From Promethearchaeota archaeon (lineage in GTDB: Archaea; Asgardarchaeota; Hermodarchaeia; Hermodarchaeales; Hermodarchaeaceae), in NCBI GenBank assembly GCA_048939245.1, contig JBHLPR010000030.1:1-25764 (forward strand): DNA of 25,764 bases, in the 5' to 3' direction. Positions 17,171 to 24,661 of the stretch are shown here, piece by piece (positions within the stretch are counted from its first letter, which is position 1; each line of letters begins with the position of its first letter). The notes beneath the pieces were generated by a model. That model was not told the DNA's origin. It made no database searches and was given only the letters and a program-made list of their open reading frames with translations. A program made the position numbers and the translations under genes.

Positions 17171-18403
17171 ATGAAATATGAGGACTTTTTCAATCCTAAA
17201 TACAAACCCCACGACACTGATACTATCTGTACATTTCGTATTCAAACCCGTGATCCCCAACGAAGCATGCGATGGGCAGCAGGAGGGGTTGCTGCTGAGA
17301 GTTCGATTGGAACCTGGACGGAATTAACCACTGAGAAGCCGTATATGAAAAAATTAGCTGCCACCGTCTTTGAACTAAAGGACAATATTGCCCGTATTGC
17401 TTATCCTTTTGGATTATTTGAACCCGGTAACATGCCCAACATCATGAGTTCTGTTGCTGGAAACGTGTTTGGTCTTGGAGATATTCAATATCTGCGATTA
17501 CTGGATATTCACTTTCCCAAAGAATTAGTGAAAAGTTTTCCAGGACCTGCTTTTGGTATTCCTGGTATCCGTAAAACCGTCATGGTGGATAAGCGTCCTC
17601 TGATCGGAACTATCGTGAAGCCCAAATTAGGATTGAAAACCAAAGATCATGCTTCAGTCGCATATGCTGCCTGGGCAGGAGGGTGTGATGTTGTGAAGGA
17701 TGATGAGAATCTCTCGAGTCAGGCTTTCAATCCCTTCGAAGATCGGGTCGTTACGACCCTTGAGCAGCGTGATCGAGCAGAAGCGGAAACAGGGGATAAG
17801 AAGGTTTACTTGATAAACGTCACGGCAGAAACTCAAGAGATGTTACGCCGCGCTCAATTTGTCGAAGATCATGGAGGACGGGTTGCCATGATTGACATCT
17901 TAACCTGTGGTTATGCCGCAGTAGCTACACTCCGCAATCAAGGGTTTAAATTAATTCTCCATGGGCACCGAGCCATGCATGCCGCATTTACCAAATTGCC
18001 CTATCACGGTATCGCGATGCCTGTTATCGCAGTTGTATCCAGATTATTAGGAATTGACCAACTGCACGTGGGAACCGCTGTGGGGAAAATGTCGGAGGAT
18101 CGAGAAGAAGTCCAAACAAATATTCAACAATGCACCCAACCATTATACGGTCAAAAACCCACCATGCCTGTGGCTTCTGGGGGGCTCCATCCGGGACATA
18201 TCCCTGCATTGATTGATATTTTTGGCAAAGATGTAATAATCCAAGCAGGCGGTGGTATTCACGGACATCCCAAGGGAACTAAAGCTGGGGCAACAGCAAT
18301 GCGGCAGGCGGTTGATGCAGTACTTTCTGGCCAGTCTCTCAAAGATTATGCCGCCTCTCATCCTGAATTGGCTGAAGCCTTGAAGCGGTGGTCAAGCGCA
18401 TAG
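17171..18403 (+). CDS. rbcL: Ribulose-1,5-bisphosphate carboxylase large subunit, archaeal Form III
   Basis: Motifs AAESSIGTW, AGNVFG, IVKPKLG, GGCDVVKDDE (carbamylated Lys), HGHRAMH, LHVGTAVGKM, VASGGLH and QAGGGIHGHP. ATG 17171 follows GGAGG, and no small subunit is present. Confidence 0.96.
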   Translation: MKYEDFFNPKYKPHDTDTICTFRIQTRDPQRSMRWAAGGVAAESSIGTWTELTTEKPYMKKLAATVFELKDNIARIAYPFGLFEPGNMPNIMSSVAGNVFGLGDIQYLRLLDIHFPKELVKSFPGPAFGIPGIRKTVMVDKRPLIGTIVKPKLGLKTKDHASVAYAAWAGGCDVVKDDENLSSQAFNPFEDRVVTTLEQRDRAEAETGDKKVYLINVTAETQEMLRRAQFVEDHGGRVAMIDILTCGYAAVATLRNQGFKLILHGHRAMHAAFTKLPYHGIAMPVIAVVSRLLGIDQLHVGTAVGKMSEDREEVQTNIQQCTQPLYGQKPTMPVASGGLHPGHIPALIDIFGKDVIIQAGGGIHGHPKGTKAGATAMRQAVDAVLSGQSLKDYAASHPELAEALKRWSSA

Positions 18404-18459
18404 GCTCACTCCTGACGGCTCAATACTGGAATAAGCATGTCCTCTTTAGAGAATTGATC

Positions 18460-19344
18460 TTATGGTAAGAATATTTGTAAAAGAACTGCTGGAATCCAGG
18501 GGATGACTCCGAAAAGGACGACAATGAGTCCGGGAATGGGTTTGTCAATCCGTCGTCGGTAAAGAATCACTAACACAGCGGATCCAACAAAGAGCATAAT
18601 CACTGATGCAACTGTGACATAGATGTTAAAATAGGCTAGGGAGTGGGCAACAATTGCGGCGTAGGAAACGATATCTCCAACACCCATGAAAGTACCACCG
18701 AGCATGGTTCCTAAGAGATCCATGCCTTCTGCCCGTTCCTGCCAATCTGGGTGCACAGCTTGGGCAGTAAAAATGTCAATGGCTGCTAAGGCAACGAAGA
18801 GGATAAAGAGGGGCATCGTCGGAATCGAAACGCCCAGAAAAGCCCCGATACTACCACCATACCAAAGAACCATGACTTGTTTTCCCCAGTTAGGTAACAT
18901 ATCTAAAATAATGAAAAGAATGGCAAACATCGAAAAATACAACGAAGCAAACGCAAACACTGAATATAGAAAAAGGTTGGAAACACCTTGTAAGAAGAAG
19001 AGTAAGATAACGTGTCCGACAAGTAGGGTTGCTAAGAAGAGCAGAGGGGAGAGAAGAATCGACACGAATAATCGGTCTGGCCGTACGCTGGTGAAACGGA
19101 AGAATAGGTTAAGGATAAACACAATCCCAAGGCCTGTACCAGCGTATAGCAATACCATGTAGACATTTAATGGATATGGAAAGGCAAGACCTAACGAAAT
19201 GTATGCCAGGTTTGTCGTCGTTGTCAGAACCCACGCCAAAAAGCCCCCGTATGCGGATGCTATGGCAATTTGTAGAAGAATGGTTAAGATTCGTCGGCTA
19301 TCCTCGTTTTCGAGGAATGACCGTCTTCCCGATGTACTGTTCAT
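18460..19344 (-). CDS. Presenilin / signal-peptide-peptidase-like GxGD intramembrane aspartyl protease
   Basis: About 9 TM segments. The first Asp lies in LAAIDIF (YD position), followed by MGVGD (GxGD, 18673-18684) and a C-terminal IPGL (PAL-like). Confidence 0.7.
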   Translation of the reverse strand: MNSTSGRRSFLENEDSRRILTILLQIAIASAYGGFLAWVLTTTTNLAYISLGLAFPYPLNVYMVLLYAGTGLGIVFILNLFFRFTSVRPDRLFVSILLSPLLFLATLLVGHVILLFFLQGVSNLFLYSVFAFASLYFSMFAILFIILDMLPNWGKQVMVLWYGGSIGAFLGVSIPTMPLFILFVALAAIDIFTAQAVHPDWQERAEGMDLLGTMLGGTFMGVGDIVSYAAIVAHSLAYFNIYVTVASVIMLFVGSAVLVILYRRRIDKPIPGLIVVLFGVIPWIPAVLLQIFLP

Positions 19345-19366
19345 AACTAATACCTCATAGTTTGCT

Positions 19367-19400
19367 AAAAAAAGAAAGGGTTGTAGGGCCGAAGCCCTAC
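19367..19400 (-). terminator. C(UUCG)G hairpin plus U-tract after the binding-protein gene
   Basis: The minus strand reads GTAGGGC-TTCG-GCCCTAC, then AACCCTTTCTTTTTTT. Confidence 0.75.
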
Positions 19401-19412
19401 GTTTTGAATAGA

Positions 19413-21311
19413 CTACTTGCGAATGCGGAAGAAGTAGACGCCAGCAATGATGATGATAACAATCACTACGACGCCAATTCCAACATAGAGCCAGATGTTA
19501 ATCGGACCAGCGCAAGGTGGTCGATCCGGTGACTCTAAGCCAAAGTGCCAGTCTGCATTACGCTCAAGAATGACATATTGGCCAGGCACTCGTGTAACCC
19601 ACTTCATGGAACTTGTACCCGTCATGTCTGACGGAGTTGTTGGTACCCATGCAGTGAAGTTGAAGTGTGGCTCCCAGATGTGCTTCGGCAAGATAGAGAG
19701 AGAGGTTGCTCGTGAGAACTCAAAGTAACCTGATTGGTTGGTATAGATTTCGACTGTGTAGTCATCAGGCGTTTCAATCTTGTAGATGTTCTCTACAAGG
19801 TCATAGTCGTAAGGACCATACTGCCAGATGGTGCCAAAGCTGTACTCAACATCCTCGGAGGTGAAGGCTTCACCATCATGCCAGGTTACATTCTCATAGA
19901 GGTAGAAGGTAAACAGCTGTCCATCTTGGATATCGCCTGAAGCAACGGTTGGTTCAATAGTCCAGTTGTACGCTAGGTTGGGTTCTTTCGCCCATGTGAT
20001 GGGGTCAATTGTCCAAAGCTCATCGTAGATGTGTTGCATGACTTGTGAGGTGTAACCAGAGTCGCTCATAATAATGTTGGTGGTGTCCATACCCTCAGAG
20101 AGGACACAGATGTACTCTAGAGGATAACATGAACCATAGGGTCCACCGGCACTTTCCTTCAGCCTAAGCTGATGGAAGGTGTATTTGTTATTTTGCATCC
20201 GGTTTACACCAGCCATGTTGACATAGCCTTCCCAAATATCAGTGCGGTAGGCATTGATGTAGGCGTCGTTGTAACAGACCACCATGGGCATGTCTTCCAT
20301 GAGGATCTTACTACAGTTCCAGGCCCAATTTCGTGCCTCCAACTTCGTTGGGGCGGACATCATTTGTGTGACGTTGTAGTCATATTCAGAGTTGTTGTAG
20401 CGGTAGAAGAATCGGTTGTCAGGTGCACTACTGTAGAAGAAGTCGTACAGGAGGTCGGGTTCACCTGGAGGACTAATGTTCCAGCTGAAACATCCTAACC
20501 AAAAGTCACCACTTTCAAGGGCATCAATCAAGGCATCAAAGTTGACTTCAACCATAGTCCCTTTAATACCGCATTCATCTAACCCATCAAAGGCGATGAG
20601 GACGGCTTGAATAGCCGGATCGTAACCTGCTGAAGCCATTCCTTCAATAGCGATAGCATCAGAGTCTAGGTCTACGCCTGCATCGTAGTCATCGTTATCG
20701 TTGACATCATAATAACGGTAACCGTCAGGGGAGTTAGTGGCAATGAAACCAGCGGCATCAAGAGAAGCGTTGGCTGCTGCAATGTCTTTATTGTAGAAGT
20801 GAGAAGTCATTTGACTATCATATTCCCAATAGACAATGGGCAGCGGAATGGGGCCGTCCATGGGTTCAGCGTATCCGCCTGTGGATGCTTCAGTTACGGC
20901 GAATTTGTCTAATGCATACGCTACAGCTAGACGATATCCCGTAATGTTGGTCGGGAATTTTTCACAATTTAAGGTGAACTGTCGATAGATGACCCCGAGT
21001 TCTGAGGTTACTTCAACACCTGCAGTAGCTTCGAGATCGGGCACTGAATCCGCTGGGACACGCTCGTCAAAACCATAGACCTGACCCGCCTGCAAGGCAA
21101 GCAGTGCTTGCGCCTGATCCTCAGATGGATAGACGACATATGTTATTCTGTCAAGGTAGCCACCGTGAGGATTATATCCGCTAGCGTAAGACCAGTCAGC
21201 TCGCGTGGTGTATGATTGAGGCGCTAAGTACGCAAGAGAAAGGAAGAGGCCCACTAGTGCAATAGCTGTCACTAAAGTTAGTCTTTTAACTTTACTCAAT
21301 TTATTTTTCAT
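19413..21311 (-). CDS. Peptide/nickel ABC transporter substrate-binding protein (family 5), C-terminally anchored, apparently circularly permuted
   Basis: N-terminal signal peptide and family-5 motifs YLDRITY, RLAVAYALD, YNNSEYD, EDMP, PNLAYNW, TWHDGEAFTSEDV and GQYVILERN. C-terminal TM plus RIRK; many NxS/T sequons. Confidence 0.9.
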   Translation of the reverse strand: MKNKLSKVKRLTLVTAIALVGLFLSLAYLAPQSYTTRADWSYASGYNPHGGYLDRITYVVYPSEDQAQALLALQAGQVYGFDERVPADSVPDLEATAGVEVTSELGVIYRQFTLNCEKFPTNITGYRLAVAYALDKFAVTEASTGGYAEPMDGPIPLPIVYWEYDSQMTSHFYNKDIAAANASLDAAGFIATNSPDGYRYYDVNDNDDYDAGVDLDSDAIAIEGMASAGYDPAIQAVLIAFDGLDECGIKGTMVEVNFDALIDALESGDFWLGCFSWNISPPGEPDLLYDFFYSSAPDNRFFYRYNNSEYDYNVTQMMSAPTKLEARNWAWNCSKILMEDMPMVVCYNDAYINAYRTDIWEGYVNMAGVNRMQNNKYTFHQLRLKESAGGPYGSCYPLEYICVLSEGMDTTNIIMSDSGYTSQVMQHIYDELWTIDPITWAKEPNLAYNWTIEPTVASGDIQDGQLFTFYLYENVTWHDGEAFTSEDVEYSFGTIWQYGPYDYDLVENIYKIETPDDYTVEIYTNQSGYFEFSRATSLSILPKHIWEPHFNFTAWVPTTPSDMTGTSSMKWVTRVPGQYVILERNADWHFGLESPDRPPCAGPINIWLYVGIGVVVIVIIIIAGVYFFRIRK

Positions 21312-21325
21312 TCCTTCCGAAATTT

Positions 21326-21393
21326 ACCTCGCGGCCTTGCGTAGGCGCACTGCCGCAAAAGGTCACCGACACTATTCTATCAACATATATATA
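21326..21393 (-). promoter_or_regulatory. TATA box and GC-rich 5'-leader stem-loop of the binding-protein gene
   Basis: TATATATA at ~21393-21386. The leader ACCU-UUU-GCGGC-AG-UGCG-CCUA-CGCA-AG-GCCGC-G-AGGU ends 15 nt before the ATG. Confidence 0.55.
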
Positions 21394-21565
21394 GGCTATG
21401 GTTGGGGCGATTACACCATACTCCTCACAATTTTTCCGTTTATTCTACGGGGGTTTCACATCGTTTCCTTGAATTCTAGATGTTATTGATTCTTTTGCTG
21501 AAAATGCAATTGCATCCAAGAATAGGACCTGTGAGGTGCAGGGTAAGTTTTCTCCCCTTTTTTGC

Positions 21566-21729
21566 TTATTTACTTCTGACGTGGAAGAAATGTACACCGA
21601 CAATGATGATAACTACTATAGCTACGCCTCTTCTCACATAAAGGATTGGATTGAAGCTGATTGTCAATACAGGACAAGTCTTACGTGAATTCTAAAACGC
21701 CAGTCTTCGAAACGATTTAAAACGATATA
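21566..21729 (-). pseudogene. Decayed 3'-end remnant of a paralogous family-5 binding-protein gene
   Basis: The minus strand translates as YIVLNRFEDWRFRI, then in a shifted frame RKTCPVLTISFNPILYVRRGVAIVVIIIVGVHFFHVRSK*. This is collinear with YVILERNADWHFGL...RPPCAG...LYVGIGVVVIVIIIIAGVYFFRIRK* of 19413-21311. Confidence 0.75.
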
Positions 21730-21739
21730 TTAATCGAGA

Positions 21740-22030
21740 CTAGGCTTCTTCAGGGTTGGTTTCCCTTTCCTCAAGCTCTTCGCTAAGCGCAGGTGGAGTC
21801 GGTCGTTGGCGTCTTAGAGTTCGTGATGAAAGTTCAAGACTTATAATCGCAACGATTAGAATGCCAAATGTGAGCACCCCGATAAAAGCAATCATGCCTC
21901 CAAGAAAAGCAAAAAGTGGCTCAGCTATCCAGAACACATACATCAAAGCTATCCCACTAATTATCAGGAAAATAGGGATGAGAATGGTCCATCGTCGGTA
22001 AATGACTTTGATTTTTCTTGCTTCTGTCAA
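21740..22030 (-). CDS. Small two-TM membrane protein with an acidic tail
   Basis: 96 aa with two hydrophobic helices and a C-terminal EELEERETNPEEA. Confidence 0.6.
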   Translation of the reverse strand: MTEARKIKVIYRRWTILIPIFLIISGIALMYVFWIAEPLFAFLGGMIAFIGVLTFGILIVAIISLELSSRTLRRQRPTPPALSEELEERETNPEEA

Positions 22031-22079
22031 AGTGTGTTCCCATTTAGCAATTTATGTGTTGTTTACTTATGCGTATCGA

Positions 22080-22553
22080 TTACACGAGTTCTTTGGTTCG
22101 GGGTTCGATTATGAATTCATTGAAGACGAGTCCTGTAGTAGTCCCAAGGACGAATACAAGAACGAGAGGAAAGAAAATTGGTAATGACAAGGCAAACTGG
22201 CCTATTATGAAATAGGTAATTGCTTGAGTGATTATTCCGAGAAATGCAGGAAGAGCGCGAATATAAGTAAATAGAATGATGGTGCACACCATTGTCAGAA
22301 ACATTGCAGTAAGAGCATCCTTGAATTCGATGGCTAAAACCCCAATTAAAAAGGCGGGAATAAAGAGGAGAAAAATCGCATTGAAAGCGATTATAGGATA
22401 GATCATAGTTAATGTGACGTGGAGGATAGTGGTGCTAATAATTGTTGCTCCTATTGTTGAATAAACTGTTAGGATAAGTCGGTCTTTTGGGAATCGCATA
22501 GGTTCGTCCTCGGAGCTGAGTTGGATTAAAGGTAGTCTCTCTTGGGTAATCAA
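22080..22553 (-). CDS. Hypothetical four-TM membrane protein coupled to the OppB-type permease
   Basis: TTG start overlaps the permease stop (alternative ATG at 22499, MRFPKD); four hydrophobic segments. Confidence 0.65.
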   Translation of the reverse strand: MITQERLPLIQLSSEDEPMRFPKDRLILTVYSTIGATIISTTILHVTLTMIYPIIAFNAIFLLFIPAFLIGVLAIEFKDALTAMFLTMVCTIILFTYIRALPAFLGIITQAITYFIIGQFALSLPIFFPLVLVFVLGTTTGLVFNEFIIEPRTKELV

Positions 22554-23572
22554 CCATATTTTATTCGTGGGTCCAGGATGCCATATAGGATATCCGCGAG
22601 GATGTTAGCAACGATGACAGCGGCCGCTATCATAAAGAATATCGCTTGTGCAACTGGCCAATCGTTGCTGATAAGTGAGTAATAGAGTAATCTTCCCATC
22701 CCATACCATACGAATACAGTTTCAGTTAGCACGGCTCCAGATATGATGAATGCAAAGTTAATGGCAATTAAGGAGATGATAGGGAGGAATGCATTTCGCA
22801 CTCCATGTTTGTACATTACAGTGCGTTCATCGAGTCCTTTGGCACGCGCTGTGAGGATATAGTCTTCAGTTAGGACATCGACTAGCGTATTTCGCATCAG
22901 CAGCATGTATCCTCCAAAGAATCCCAACGTTAAGGTAAGCGTGGGGAGAACGAGGTGCCAACCGACATCGAGGGCATAAGAAATTGGATCATTAGGAACG
23001 GTTCCTGGTGGGCTGATTGTGTGACCCATAGGGAAGAGGGCGATTCCAAAGAACATCTGTGGGATGACGGAGAAGGCGAGGAGAAAGACCATGCCCATCC
23101 AGAATACTGGTAAACTGTACATAGTTAGGCTGAAGGTGATAAGGCCGGTGTCTAAAGCCCCGCCGTGTCGGCTGGCAGCAATTATGCCAGTGACGACGCC
23201 TAATAAGACAGCAAAGATCATTGAAGTGCCCATTAGGAGGAGGGTGTTGGGTAGTCGTTCCTGAATATCCATGACTACTGGGCGAAAGCTCATGAAACTT
23301 TGACCGAATTGCCCAGTGAGCATGTTTTGCATGTATCGGACAAAGTGTCGGAACCAATCGTACCATGTGGCATTTGCAGGGGGAAGTTGATAGAGGACCC
23401 GAATTCTTTCTATTGAATCGAGTTCCATTCCGGGAGTTATGTACAGGCTTGCGGGATCAATTCCTAAAACGAAGACGGGTATTCGAAAGAGGAAGAAGTT
23501 GAATACGAGAACTGCTATGAAAAGGGCAATTGCTACGATAACACGTTTAACAAGGTAATTTCGCAAACCCAT
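22550..23572 (-). CDS. Peptide/nickel ABC transporter permease, OppB/DppB type
   Basis: Motifs YLVKR, GQFGQSF, RLPNTLLL, SLPVFW, HLVLP, EDYILTARAKGL (EAA-loop), KHGVRNA, GAVLTETVF, GMG and DILYGILDPRI. Confidence 0.95.
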   Translation of the reverse strand: MGLRNYLVKRVIVAIALFIAVLVFNFFLFRIPVFVLGIDPASLYITPGMELDSIERIRVLYQLPPANATWYDWFRHFVRYMQNMLTGQFGQSFMSFRPVVMDIQERLPNTLLLMGTSMIFAVLLGVVTGIIAASRHGGALDTGLITFSLTMYSLPVFWMGMVFLLAFSVIPQMFFGIALFPMGHTISPPGTVPNDPISYALDVGWHLVLPTLTLTLGFFGGYMLLMRNTLVDVLTEDYILTARAKGLDERTVMYKHGVRNAFLPIISLIAINFAFIISGAVLTETVFVWYGMGRLLYYSLISNDWPVAQAIFFMIAAAVIVANILADILYGILDPRIKYG

Positions 23573-23704
23573 GAGATCACATCGCTTCTTGTTAGCCGAG
23601 TTCTTTGAAAGCCTAATACTAATAAAACTATCTAAAGAGGTAGTAATAATGCCTGTTCAATGGTTTAGAACGCTCCTGAAAAGAGATTGTATAAGGTGAA
23701 TTGA

Positions 23705-23956
23705 ATGTCAAGTCAAATGGGCTTTCGGGCACTATTAGCGACCAAGTCAACCTTAAAATGGTTCATTGTAATTGGGGTCGTGCTCGTAATTCTCGGAGTG
23801 ATAATTTCTTTCTTTATCTTTGTTGGTCTTGTGGTTTTTTGGATTGGTGTAACTTTCATTGCATTCTCAGCAATCGCTTTAATCTATCTTTGGCTAACAG
23901 AAAAATATCTTCCTGGTCCCCAAACTGATCCAGTTCGTCGTAGCTCACCGATGTAA
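23705..23956 (+). CDS. Small two-TM membrane protein
   Basis: 83 aa with two hydrophobic segments and an AGGTGA RBS before the ATG. Confidence 0.65.
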   Translation: MSSQMGFRALLATKSTLKWFIVIGVVLVILGVIISFFIFVGLVVFWIGVTFIAFSAIALIYLWLTEKYLPGPQTDPVRRSSPM

Positions 23957-23966
23957 ATCATAATAC

Positions 23967-24470
23967 TTAGAGAGGAATAATGGAAACGGTTTCATAAAAT
24001 AATCCTCGAGTCACCTCTTCCCCTTCTAAAAAACCTGCTCCAACGAAGGGTTCTAAATAAAGAAACCAATTCCAATTGCTACTATTCCGTGCAGTATCAA
24101 TTATCGCATAATCTTCTGGGGTTAATGCATAATGCCATCCTATGTCAGAATATTCACCTGGAGGTATATCTCTTGGACTAGTTTTTGTACCAAACCCATT
24201 ATCGAAAGTTTCTCCATTAAGGTAAATCCACCATTCTGCCTTTTGATAGTGTAGAGGCAAAGTAAGAGAGGGATTATAGACGCGAATATCGACTTCAATA
24301 CGAGTATATGCGCCACTTGATGTGTTTTGTAGAATTCGGATTTCGGTGATTTCGACTGGGAAGCTGAATGCACGGTAGGTGTCGATTTGGTAGAAAGAGG
24401 AGATACCTAAAATGACTGATGAACCAAGGATTATGGCTAGAAAAACGATTATGCGTGTACGTCGTATCAT
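23967..24470 (-). CDS. Membrane-anchored extracellular protein, LEA_2/WHy-like beta-sandwich
   Basis: N-terminal TM, then IRVYNPS...WWIYLNGE...G...IPPGE, a pattern typical of LEA_2/WHy domains. Confidence 0.55.
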   Translation of the reverse strand: MIRRTRIIVFLAIILGSSVILGISSFYQIDTYRAFSFPVEITEIRILQNTSSGAYTRIEVDIRVYNPSLTLPLHYQKAEWWIYLNGETFDNGFGTKTSPRDIPPGEYSDIGWHYALTPEDYAIIDTARNSSNWNWFLYLEPFVGAGFLEGEEVTRGLFYETVSIIPL

Positions 24471-24661
24471 ATCTATTCCGCTTTTTTTTGGTGGCTTAAA
24501 AAGAATTCTTAACTGCTAAAATCCATCGGTGACGGCAATATTTGTTTTCGTGCCATTACCGTCAAGTTAATATAACTTTTAAGTAGTTTCGCCCAGTAAG
24601 TAGTGCTCCTGTTGATATGGACACCCAATAGAGTGGGTAACCTTGCCGGGTGATCTAGTCT

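Noticed and set aside
18686-19162. Long basic ORF on the + strand and the other nested or antisense ORFs in the track
   Set aside because: These are shadow frames of well-supported genes; the antisense of a hydrophobic gene gives K/R-rich sequence.
21504-21515. Perfect palindrome ATGCAATTGCAT
   Set aside because: Single occurrence, more than 100 nt from the TATA box, with no second copy seen to support an operator.
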